A DNA stretch of 64,000 nt from a bacterium (lineage in GTDB: Bacteria; SM23-31): NCBI GenBank assembly GCA_028278455.1, contig JANQEH010000194.1, positions 1,059 through 65,058 on the forward strand, written 5' to 3'. The number at the start of each line of letters is the position of its first letter. The first letter of the stretch is position 1. Below are positions 40,211 through 48,280 of the stretch, in pieces. Made by a program: the position numbers and the translations under genes. The notes below the pieces were generated by a model. The model was given only the letters and a program-made list of their open reading frames with translations, did no database searches and had not been told where the DNA came from.

Positions 40211-41161
40211 CTATTGATCCAACCGCTCAAAATCAGAATTGCCAATAATTTCTCTGAGTCTATGAAGGCCGCCGCTGCTTTTCTGTGTTGCCCTGATACC
40301 GGCGACTTTATTGGCAAAAACACATGACTCCAGCGGATCGCTCCCGATCATATATTTATAAGAGAATGCTGATGAGAATATATCTCCACAGCCTGTCGGA
40401 TCGACCGTTTCTCCATATTTATATATCGGTATCTTTTCTGATCTTGTTTTTCCGGATGATTTCCAGATCAGTAAAACTCCTTCAATATCGAGAGTAATAA
40501 GAACTACTTTCACGCTTTTCGAAAGAAGGAACCTCCCGAAATCAGCAAGTTCTTTAAGGTCTCCCATCACTGTGCCTGACAGTATCTCTGCCTCTGTTCT
40601 ATTCATCTGCATAACATCCCCGCTATCCTGCCAGAGATCCCAGTTCAGGTTCTTTCGGTAATACCTTTCCCCATTCTTCCTGAATCCAAGGAAAAGACTA
40701 TGCAAATCCACTACGAGAGGCATATCGAGTCTATTTCTCAGCGCTTTAAAAGTCCTGCGATCCATCTCGATACCACTTACAAAATTCAAAAGAAAAAGAT
40801 CAACTTCCGGAACCGGAAATAATTCATCGATCCTGTATTTCTCCGGAAGATTGGTTGAATACTCAATTCTCTCGGTATCAGAATAGTATTTTAAAGTTAC
40901 TGTGTTATTTCTGCCGGGGTATTTTTTTATATGATCGAATTTGACAGACCTGTATTTACTGAATTCTCCGATGATTCTGTCATAGTCTTCCTCCCCTATC
41001 TTACAAACTGGGTATATCGAATCTTCATCCGACAGTAATTGTGCAAGAGTGATTATGTTATAATACAATCCGCCGAGTGCAGTCTGAGGCTTCAGAGCAT
41101 TCGGACTATAAACCTCATCACAGCATACAGTACCGAGAACGGCTATTGACCTTTTTATCAT
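40211..41161 (-). CDS. PfkB-family carbohydrate kinase
   Basis: DPTGCGDIFSSAF matches PfkB signature 2 (DTxGAGD). Ribokinase-like length. Confidence 0.7.
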   Translation of the reverse strand: MIKRSIAVLGTVCCDEVYSPNALKPQTALGGLYYNIITLAQLLSDEDSIYPVCKIGEEDYDRIIGEFSKYRSVKFDHIKKYPGRNNTVTLKYYSDTERIEYSTNLPEKYRIDELFPVPEVDLFLLNFVSGIEMDRRTFKALRNRLDMPLVVDLHSLFLGFRKNGERYYRKNLNWDLWQDSGDVMQMNRTEAEILSGTVMGDLKELADFGRFLLSKSVKVVLITLDIEGVLLIWKSSGKTRSEKIPIYKYGETVDPTGCGDIFSSAFSYKYMIGSDPLESCVFANKVAGIRATQKSSGGLHRLREIIGNSDFERLDQ

Positions 41162-41164
41162 GGA

Positions 41165-41635
41165 TTATAACTTGAAACCATTGTTTCTGAATTCTTCAAG
41201 TTTTGTTTTTACGACATTATTATTCAGTGCAATTATCCTTGCGGCAAGCACGGCAGCATTTTTGGATCCCGCTTTGCCTATCGCAACTGTACCAACCGGA
41301 ATTCCGGGAGGCATTTGTACTATAGAATACAGGGCATCTACACCGCCGAGTGGTGATGCATCGATGGGAACACCGATAACCGGCAGGTCAGTATGGGCGG
41401 CAACCACACCCGGCAGGTGTGCTGCCATTCCTGCGCCGGCTATAATGACGTTATATCCATTCTTTTCAGCATTCTGCGCAAATTCAGTAGACTCGACTGG
41501 ATTCCTGTGTGCAGAAAGGACCTTGATCTCGGACTCAATCCCGAAATAATCCAGATAATCAGCGCAAGGTTTTATAACATCACGGTCAGATTCACTGCCT
41601 ATCATTATCGCAACTTTTGTCATCTTCGACTCCAA
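41165..41635 (-). CDS. purE: 5-(carboxyamino)imidazole ribonucleotide mutase
   Basis: VAIMIGSESDRDV...VLSAHRNP...IIAGAGMAAHLPGVVAAHTDLPVIGVP. The start may be Met5 (41623). Confidence 0.9.
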   Translation of the reverse strand: MESKMTKVAIMIGSESDRDVIKPCADYLDYFGIESEIKVLSAHRNPVESTEFAQNAEKNGYNVIIAGAGMAAHLPGVVAAHTDLPVIGVPIDASPLGGVDALYSIVQMPPGIPVGTVAIGKAGSKNAAVLAARIIALNNNVVKTKLEEFRNNGFKL

Positions 41636-41789
41636 TTAATTATTAATATGATTAGTTTTAAAATATCCTGAACAGGCAAAAAAATTACTAATTATTACCT
41701 ATATACGCAAGGAGTTTTTAGGCATGTAATCAATACTATTATTAAAAAACGAATTTTTTAGAATTAAGTAATGAACCTTTAGCGGAAAA

Positions 41790-42365
41790 ATGATGCTTAA
41801 TAAGAAAACGCTATTCTTAACCTGTACTGATCATATGCAGAATAAACTGATGTATTGTCTAATGTTTCCATCCTCTACCCAGAGATATTACAGATTATTT
41901 TTCCATTCCGGAGCAGTAATACCGGTAACGGTAATTTTGATCATCGCTACCTGGGGATCCAGGTTGGAAGAGGTTCCGGATCCGGAACGTTTTCAGTCTG
42001 GATTCTTCGCAGAACCCTTCTTACTCTTTATATCTTTGACTTTAATACTTATAATAATGATGACAAGATCAAGACCACAGCGACTCGCAGAGGCAAAATA
42101 CCTTTACAGCCTGCAAATAAAGAAAGAATATGTGATTAAACAACTTATCACAAGTTCTCTTGTATTTGTATTTTTAATCTCACTTGTATCACCCGGATTT
42201 ATATCCGGGCAAAGTTTCTGGTATGTAATCGCTATACTGGTCCTTGCTGTCTATCTTTTTTCCAGAATGAACCACAGAATGATATTCAGCTGGATCGACA
42301 GGAATCATTTATACAGATCGGAAAAACCAGGAGAATTTGTTCGTAATCGCGGGACAATAGCCTGA
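41790..42365 (+). CDS. hypothetical membrane protein
   Basis: 191-aa ORF with three to four hydrophobic segments. No family recognised. AT-rich. Same frame as the next ORF, separated by a TGA. Confidence 0.35.
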   Translation: MMLNKKTLFLTCTDHMQNKLMYCLMFPSSTQRYYRLFFHSGAVIPVTVILIIATWGSRLEEVPDPERFQSGFFAEPFLLFISLTLILIIMMTRSRPQRLAEAKYLYSLQIKKEYVIKQLITSSLVFVFLISLVSPGFISGQSFWYVIAILVLAVYLFSRMNHRMIFSWIDRNHLYRSEKPGEFVRNRGTIA

Positions 42366-42434
42366 GCTTATTCAGGTAGATTTACAGTTCTGTTAAATCC
42401 GTTTATACTGAAAAACCTGGACAGATCATCGAGA

Positions 42435-42638
42435 GTGCAGAATAAATCAGTTATGATAATTACCTTGAAATTTCTGTTCTTTTCATATCTTGTGTCTCTT
42501 AATAATGATAACATCCGGGATTCTGCAAACATTTTATATTACATATTTGCAGGATATTCATTCGTCTATTTATACTTCTCAACATGGTATCTGATGAATG
42601 ATTTTGAACCACACGATTCATATTTTTTATCCCTGTAA
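42435..42638 (+). CDS. hypothetical small membrane protein (doubtful)
   Basis: 67-aa ORF with GTG start (ATG 5 codons in) and two hydrophobic segments. Confidence 0.2.
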   Translation: MQNKSVMIITLKFLFFSYLVSLNNDNIRDSANILYYIFAGYSFVYLYFSTWYLMNDFEPHDSYFLSL

Positions 42639-42688
42639 GAAGGAAGGATATATACTTCGGTTCAATAATCCCGGCAGGTATATGGTTA

Positions 42689-42994
42689 TTGTCGGTAACG
42701 CTGTTTCTGACAATACTGATTTCAGTATCCGGAAATGACATGAAGATCCCGGCAATAATCTTAATAAAGTCAGTAGCTGTATCAATTATCTTCCTTTTCT
42801 CCGGATATAATATTGCTATCGCATGGTATCCCCTTATCGAAAGAGCGAGAAAATATATGCTATATGGTCTTTTCATATTCTGTTTATTCTCCGTAGTTCT
42901 TCATAATTTTCTATATATCTTCTGGCTGATTTATCTCTTTCTTTCCTTTATTTTTTACATGGAAGCTAAATTTTATCGAATTTCAGGTACTTAA
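42689..42994 (+). CDS. hypothetical membrane protein
   Basis: 101-aa ORF with three hydrophobic helices. Ends 15 nt before the ABC ATPase gene. Confidence 0.3.
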   Translation: MSVTLFLTILISVSGNDMKIPAIILIKSVAVSIIFLFSGYNIAIAWYPLIERARKYMLYGLFIFCLFSVVLHNFLYIFWLIYLFLSFIFYMEAKFYRISGT

Positions 42995-43009
42995 CTGGAA
43001 TTTAAAAAT

Positions 43010-43756
43010 ATGTATGAGAGTGATAATAATCTGCTAAAAATTAACAATTTAGATGTCTCCTATAACGGAGACAATGTGATCAATGATCTTTCCCTGATTG
43101 TTTCTTCCGGTTCATTTATCGGGTTAATCGGATCTAACGGGGCTGGAAAAACTACTCTTCTTCTTTCCATCTCCGGTCAATTTAAACCTTCCAGTGGTAT
43201 TATCAGTTTCAGAAATTCGGATATCTACGAAAGAAATTATGAATACAAAGGTGAAATCGGGTACGTAAGCGAGAATCCGTTTTTCTACAGATTTCTCACT
43301 GTGGAAGAGCACTTATATTTTATTTCGGGTATCAGAAAGGTTGAAAGAAATAATAAGAGAAGAACTGTAGACGAAATTATTTCGCTTTTCAGACTGGGAG
43401 ATATCAAGGACAAATCTACATCCGCTTTATCTCCTGGTATGCAGAAGAAACTAGCCAACGCCTCGGCATTTATCGGGGATCCCCTGATACTGTTCCTGGA
43501 TAAAGCCTTGAACGGTATTGACATCGAGAATTCATTCAGAATAATACAAGCATTGACAGGATATGTCGATAAAGGCGGAACGGTGATCCTTTCCACTCAT
43601 ATACCGGAAGTGATAGAAAAAATATGCAACAGATTCCTTGTGATGAAAGACGGTAAGATAATTGCTGATGTGGATGCCCATGAACACAGATATACCGGCT
43701 CACGTACCGGTCATAAAGACCTCGAGGATTATGTAATTACACCACTTAATTCCTGA
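43010..43756 (+). CDS. ABC-type ATP-binding protein with degenerate catalytic motifs
   Basis: Walker A GSNGAGKTT is intact. The signature is LSPGMQKK rather than LSGGQ. Walker B is ILFLDKALNG, with Lys165 where the catalytic Glu is expected. The H-loop STHIPE is present. Confidence 0.75.
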   Translation: MYESDNNLLKINNLDVSYNGDNVINDLSLIVSSGSFIGLIGSNGAGKTTLLLSISGQFKPSSGIISFRNSDIYERNYEYKGEIGYVSENPFFYRFLTVEEHLYFISGIRKVERNNKRRTVDEIISLFRLGDIKDKSTSALSPGMQKKLANASAFIGDPLILFLDKALNGIDIENSFRIIQALTGYVDKGGTVILSTHIPEVIEKICNRFLVMKDGKIIADVDAHEHRYTGSRTGHKDLEDYVITPLNS

Positions 43757-43852
43757 ATTTTCATTTTTTCCGATTGAAAAGAACTTATAACAACACCTGT
43801 GCCTCTTGAATAAAACAAATTTGACTATTCATTCATATTTAGATCCACCATC

Positions 43853-46516
43853 CTACTCAGGAATCTCCTCCTGTGGGCGGAGGGAATCTGCCACATGGTG
43901 TTTTTTGACAGATCGCTTTTCACCCAGGAACATTATCCCGACCTGTTTTTCCACATTGGATATAATATGCATATACTGTTTGCTCTTGTCCTCGAAATTG
44001 GAAGGAAGATTCTTTGTATCGATAACCATCACAACATCCCTGATCCAGCTGTCCGGGTAACTTTCCTTGAGAAATTCATCGATATCGTTTGGGCATTCCC
44101 TGAACATCTCCTTATCGAATTTTGTCCCTTCCGAACCCGGAGTGATCGAAAAATTGATAATCCTGCTTTCCCTGACGTCATTTCCAAAATGTGAACCGAG
44201 TGAAGGTTCGGTAAAGTTCTCATCCCAGAGCTTTCTTGCAACCTCAACCAGTGCCAGTGTATGGTAAATCTCCGTATAGGATACTTTTATTCCATGATAC
44301 GGAAGGCTGCTTCCCCATCTGCCGGGCCCTATCAGGATAAATCTCTTACCATGGAGGTTGTTATTTATCTTTCCGATGATCCTCGCTACTGAATACATCT
44401 TCTGCTCATCAAGCTCATAATATTTATCAACATCAACATAGACTATGTATTCGATATTCGGCTGATAACCACTGACGACACTTTTATGAACCCTGCAGAC
44501 CAAGTTTTCTTCCGGCAGTTCTGCGGGGAAATCATAAGACGCATCTTCGCTCAATCCTGTAAGCTGCCTGCACTGAACTATAGCAAGTGAATAGTCCCAG
44601 ACAGTCCTGTTCGTATCAGGATCTTTTTTCTGAATGAAGTCAAGAGTGAATTCCATATCAGCAGGGTTGTATTTCTCAGCCAGTATCTGCAGCATCCTGT
44701 TGGTCATCTTATAAAAAGCTGTCTTTTTTAATCCTCCGAAAGTGAACACATGCTTATCGGTTTCAAGTTTTGTCGCAAGTCCGATCCCTTCGGTATAATA
44801 ATCCTGGTGTGCAGTTGAAAGGAAATAACGTCCCATAGTGGTTATAAAATCCTTAACCTCCGGATGATCATCTTTGATCCGGTTAAAATAATCGAACAGT
44901 TCGGATTTTGTGACTGATTCAATCGTATCAGTTTCAAGGTCAAGCAGATCGAACTTCTTTTGTGCAGATTTAAATACCTCGTGAAAATTTATTATCGTAG
45001 TATAATCAGGATTATGAGGATATACAACCTTGATCTTGTATCCCTTCATATCCACAATACCTGTTCCCAGACCTGCTCCTATTCTGAGAACCGGATCATC
45101 CCATTTAATATTCCCTACATTGACCTTGTTGTTATATGAAAGCCCGACTCCGGCCATCGTGGGGAAAAAATACTTTCCATACCGCTTTCCCTCAACGATC
45201 TGGATAAGCACAGACATTCTCTCATCTATATCAAGCAGTCCTCTTTCACGTCTGTAAATCAAAGCTTCCGGCCGCAAAGCAGAGGCATAAACCATCAATA
45301 TTCTTTTTATAACTATATCCAGTCTTTTTTCCAGGTCTTCATCGGGATTATCCGAGAGCTTTTGATTTGCCACAAAATAACTGTCATATTTACCACTGAA
45401 AGCGCTGGCGCTATCTTCCAGAAGACTCGATGATCTAACTATGACTGGCTGATGGCCAATCTTCTTCAGAAGTTCACCAAGCTTGATTCTGATAATATCC
45501 GGTATGGACGTCTCGAGGATCAGTTTTCTTACATGAGGGTATTCTCTTTCCAGCTCTTCTTCAGTTATCGTACCCTCTTTCAGCCTGTGCCTGAAAGATG
45601 AGAAGTTATAAGTATGTGATGAGAGGCATTCATAAAAGACATCGGTCGTCAGGTAATATGAAGTGGGGATCCTGATCTTGTCGGCAAATTCCTTGAGTTC
45701 ACTCTGCATTATCTTATATGCAAGTATCATTCCTGCCGCTTTCTGCCCTATTTTCCCCTGCCTGTTTGGGAGGGAGATGTGGCTTTCGAGAAAACTGCAG
45801 ACATCCGAGAACGAGAAGTATTTTTTTGCAGCAAGTTTATAGTAATGGAGGTCTGAGATGAAAGTCTCGATGATAGTTTCTAAAGCTTCCATTTTATCCG
45901 TCTCCGGGATCTCATGCTCATGATCGATCAGAATTCTCAGGAAAGGCACTATCTCACTGTTAGTCATATTCTTAATAACATCGACATTCCTTGCTTTTTT
46001 TACAAGACGTGATAGATGTTCATCAGGTGTGAGTATGCTGCTGAATACATCCTCCAGCTCGAGATAAGAGAGAAAATTTGCCGCATGATATACTATAGCC
46101 CTGTACCGTTTTTCCGTTGATAGTTTCTTCCATTCTTCTATATCGGAATCTTTAATAATGCCAAGTTTAAGTAAGACTCGTTTTAGCTCCGCAGTAATCA
46201 TCCTGCGGAAATTTTTGTGGATCAGTGAGTTTCTGTTAATCCTTTGACGAAGATAGAAAGCTTTAAGTTTTTTGGTTTCTTCAGGCTCAATCGGAGTCAC
46301 ATCCAGTGTATCACTGAGAATGGATTTCAGCTCCTTCAGGCTAAGATGCTCTTCCGCCAGCACAGAGATATTGCTACCTGCGCTGATCTCAATCTCCTTT
46401 TTCTTAAGCCTTTCGTATAGTTCATTCAGAAATGTTCGCTTATCTTCCGGTTCGAGAGAAAGCAGTATCTCGTCAATAATATTACTATCAACGTTAATAT
46501 TCAGTTTTCCAAGCAT
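43853..46516 (-). CDS. PEP/pyruvate-binding (PPDK_N, ATP-grasp-like) domain protein, 887 aa
   Basis: GQKAAGMILAY and VIVRSSSLLEDSASAFSGKYDSYF are PPDK_N motifs. The N-terminal ~290-aa helical region is unrecognised. A conserved C-terminal block reads LIGPGRWGSS...PSLGSHFGND. I saw no phospho-His swivel motif. Confidence 0.7.
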   Translation of the reverse strand: MLGKLNINVDSNIIDEILLSLEPEDKRTFLNELYERLKKKEIEISAGSNISVLAEEHLSLKELKSILSDTLDVTPIEPEETKKLKAFYLRQRINRNSLIHKNFRRMITAELKRVLLKLGIIKDSDIEEWKKLSTEKRYRAIVYHAANFLSYLELEDVFSSILTPDEHLSRLVKKARNVDVIKNMTNSEIVPFLRILIDHEHEIPETDKMEALETIIETFISDLHYYKLAAKKYFSFSDVCSFLESHISLPNRQGKIGQKAAGMILAYKIMQSELKEFADKIRIPTSYYLTTDVFYECLSSHTYNFSSFRHRLKEGTITEEELEREYPHVRKLILETSIPDIIRIKLGELLKKIGHQPVIVRSSSLLEDSASAFSGKYDSYFVANQKLSDNPDEDLEKRLDIVIKRILMVYASALRPEALIYRRERGLLDIDERMSVLIQIVEGKRYGKYFFPTMAGVGLSYNNKVNVGNIKWDDPVLRIGAGLGTGIVDMKGYKIKVVYPHNPDYTTIINFHEVFKSAQKKFDLLDLETDTIESVTKSELFDYFNRIKDDHPEVKDFITTMGRYFLSTAHQDYYTEGIGLATKLETDKHVFTFGGLKKTAFYKMTNRMLQILAEKYNPADMEFTLDFIQKKDPDTNRTVWDYSLAIVQCRQLTGLSEDASYDFPAELPEENLVCRVHKSVVSGYQPNIEYIVYVDVDKYYELDEQKMYSVARIIGKINNNLHGKRFILIGPGRWGSSLPYHGIKVSYTEIYHTLALVEVARKLWDENFTEPSLGSHFGNDVRESRIINFSITPGSEGTKFDKEMFRECPNDIDEFLKESYPDSWIRDVVMVIDTKNLPSNFEDKSKQYMHIISNVEKQVGIMFLGEKRSVKKHHVADSLRPQEEIPE

Positions 46517-46834
46517 ATTTGTCCGCGGATTAAAATTACGTTCTTTATTCTATCCTCTTACTAGAAGAAAATATAATACTTACATGAAATAATAACAAGG
46601 ATTCTTGAAAATAGGTTCTATGTCTATTAAATGTAGATTAATTTAATAATTGGCAGGAAGAAAGTTCAAGAAAATTCAAATCTTTTCAATAGAAAATATT
46701 TAATGAAGAGTTGAGGTCTCTGACCGTCATTATAATTGCATAGTTACAGTGAAAATTGAATTTGTTCAATTGCAGGGGATCGAACGATCAGCTCTAATTA
46801 ATTAAGAATAGATTTCAGATAGAATATGAGATTT

Positions 46835-47008
46835 CTATTTCAGTATAAGGTCGGTATTACAACATGAAAATTTACATGTAATTTCTGTGTGGTCTTCGTG
46901 TGAACAGTCCTTGTCAACTTCATTACATTCTTTGATCACTTTTATTTCGAGGCCGCATTTTTCACATAGGTAAATGTCGCCTTCATGCATATTATGACAG
47001 GTCGCCAT
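46835..47008 (-). CDS. desulforedoxin-like small Cys-rich metal-binding protein (57 aa, not in ORF track)
   Basis: Hand translation: MATCHNMHEGDIYLCEKCGLEIKVIKECNEVDKDCSHEDHTEITCKFSCCNTDLILK*. An AAGGA SD lies 6 nt upstream. EGDIYLCEKCG...SCC matches the desulforedoxin / Dfx N-terminal pattern GDvYkCelCG...vCCG (recalled from memory). Confidence 0.5.
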   Translation of the reverse strand: MATCHNMHEGDIYLCEKCGLEIKVIKECNEVDKDCSHEDHTEITCKFSCCNTDLILK

Positions 47009-47149
47009 AGTATTCCTTTCTTTCAGATTCTGTGATGTGACCGGTTTTTATGAAATGGATTTTGATCATCAGTAAATCCAGGGACAGCCGTTGTTCTGCC
47101 CCTGGATTTACTTGTATCTTGGTATTCATTTGATAGAAAATATTATAAA

Positions 47150-47326
47150 TTATACTGAGGCAGCATCCCAGTCTTTTTTGCTTACGAACTTTGTCAGGTT
47201 ACGACCGTCGGATGTTTTGGCTTTGAAAGCAAATCTTTCATTTCCTGCCTTACCGTATTTGACCTTTTCAGTAACATCAGCATCTACTTTTTTTCTTAGT
47301 TTTACATCATAAAAAGTGGCTTTCAT
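47150..47326 (-). CDS. small basic protein, 58 aa (not in ORF track)
   Basis: Hand translation: MKATFYDVKLRKKVDADVTEKVKYGKAGNERFAFKAKTSDGRNLTKFVSKKDWDAASV*. A perfect AGGAGG SD lies 7 nt upstream. A hairpin (GTAAATCCAGGG/CCCTGGATTTAC, 47072-47111) lies downstream. Confidence 0.5.
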   Translation of the reverse strand: MKATFYDVKLRKKVDADVTEKVKYGKAGNERFAFKAKTSDGRNLTKFVSKKDWDAASV

Positions 47327-47571
47327 ACTAATTCCTCCTGTATTTTATGTGTTCTGCCTGTAAAATAATAGTAATTTCTGAATATTAAAAGCCCTAATGG
47401 CAATCAAAGCGATGAAAGGTTGCACTGCGATATTTATAATATTGCCATGAAAGTCCGAAAGAAATCTTAATATGATCCCCCTGATTTTCAGGTAAAACCA
47501 AGATAATGCTTTATTATTCATTTTTCAAATGGTTTTTTTATTTATTTACGATATTTTACCAAAAATCCGCC

Positions 47572-47832
47572 TTAATTCGGGGTTTTTTTTGAAAATGGAT
47601 TGAATTTCTTCAGGGCAGTAATCATTTTAGCCATTCTGCCTATCATATGGAAGAAAGAGGATGATACTATTCCTGCAACACCCGCCGAAGTAATTCCAAC
47701 GGGACATGCGGTCAGCGGTGTTCCACAGCAGATGCAAGTCCCTCCGAATGAAAGATAGAATAACGAGGCTACAAAACCAACTTTTAGCAGGATGGAACTT
47801 TTTATTGCAGATATTTTTTTTGGTATATTCAT
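47572..47832 (-). CDS. small Cys-rich membrane protein
   Basis: 86 aa. A hydrophobic stretch contains GGTCICCGTPLTACPVG, a vicinal CC followed by Pro inside a predicted TM segment. Basic C-terminal tail. Confidence 0.45.
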   Translation of the reverse strand: MNIPKKISAIKSSILLKVGFVASLFYLSFGGTCICCGTPLTACPVGITSAGVAGIVSSSFFHMIGRMAKMITALKKFNPFSKKTPN

Positions 47833-47877
47833 ACTTAACGGATCATTGCCTGTTTTGAAAACCTGGTACAGTTCATA

Positions 47878-48270
47878 CTATTTTTGTTCAGGGGTAAGAA
47901 ATTTATCGACTTTCTTCAGTAATGTATCAATTTCAAAAGGTTTTACCAGATAATCACTGACATTTAACTTTAATATCTTGTCTACCACATTTTTATCAAC
48001 TGTCCCTGTAAACATAATAACGGGTAGAGAATTGATCTTTTTATCCCTGCTCCTTCTTATGCGTTCCAACACACCGATCCCGTCCATTTCCGGCATTTCA
48101 ATATCAAGCAAAATAAGATCCGGCTTGAATTTGATGATCTTCTCAATTGCTTTGTATCCGTTTTCTGCCTCTATAAAAGAAGCATTTGGATATATCAGAG
48201 AAAGGCTGTAAATAGCCTGTTTTCTTAGCGCTTCGACGTCATCTACAATCAATACTCTTTTTTGCGTCAT
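47878..48270 (-). CDS. single-domain response regulator (CheY-like receiver)
   Basis: VLIVDDVEALR, DLILLDIEMPEMDG, PVIMFTG and YLVKPF. Confidence 0.85.
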   Translation of the reverse strand: MTQKRVLIVDDVEALRKQAIYSLSLIYPNASFIEAENGYKAIEKIIKFKPDLILLDIEMPEMDGIGVLERIRRSRDKKINSLPVIMFTGTVDKNVVDKILKLNVSDYLVKPFEIDTLLKKVDKFLTPEQK

Positions 48271-48280
48271 AATAATATGT

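Noticed and set aside
47572-47832. The Cys/Thr/Ser/Gly-rich 86-aa ORF as a lanthipeptide precursor for the LanC-like gene
   Set aside because: It lies 42 kb from the LanC-like gene and the Cys-rich stretch sits inside a predicted TM helix. There is no leader or core organisation and no dehydratase in the window.
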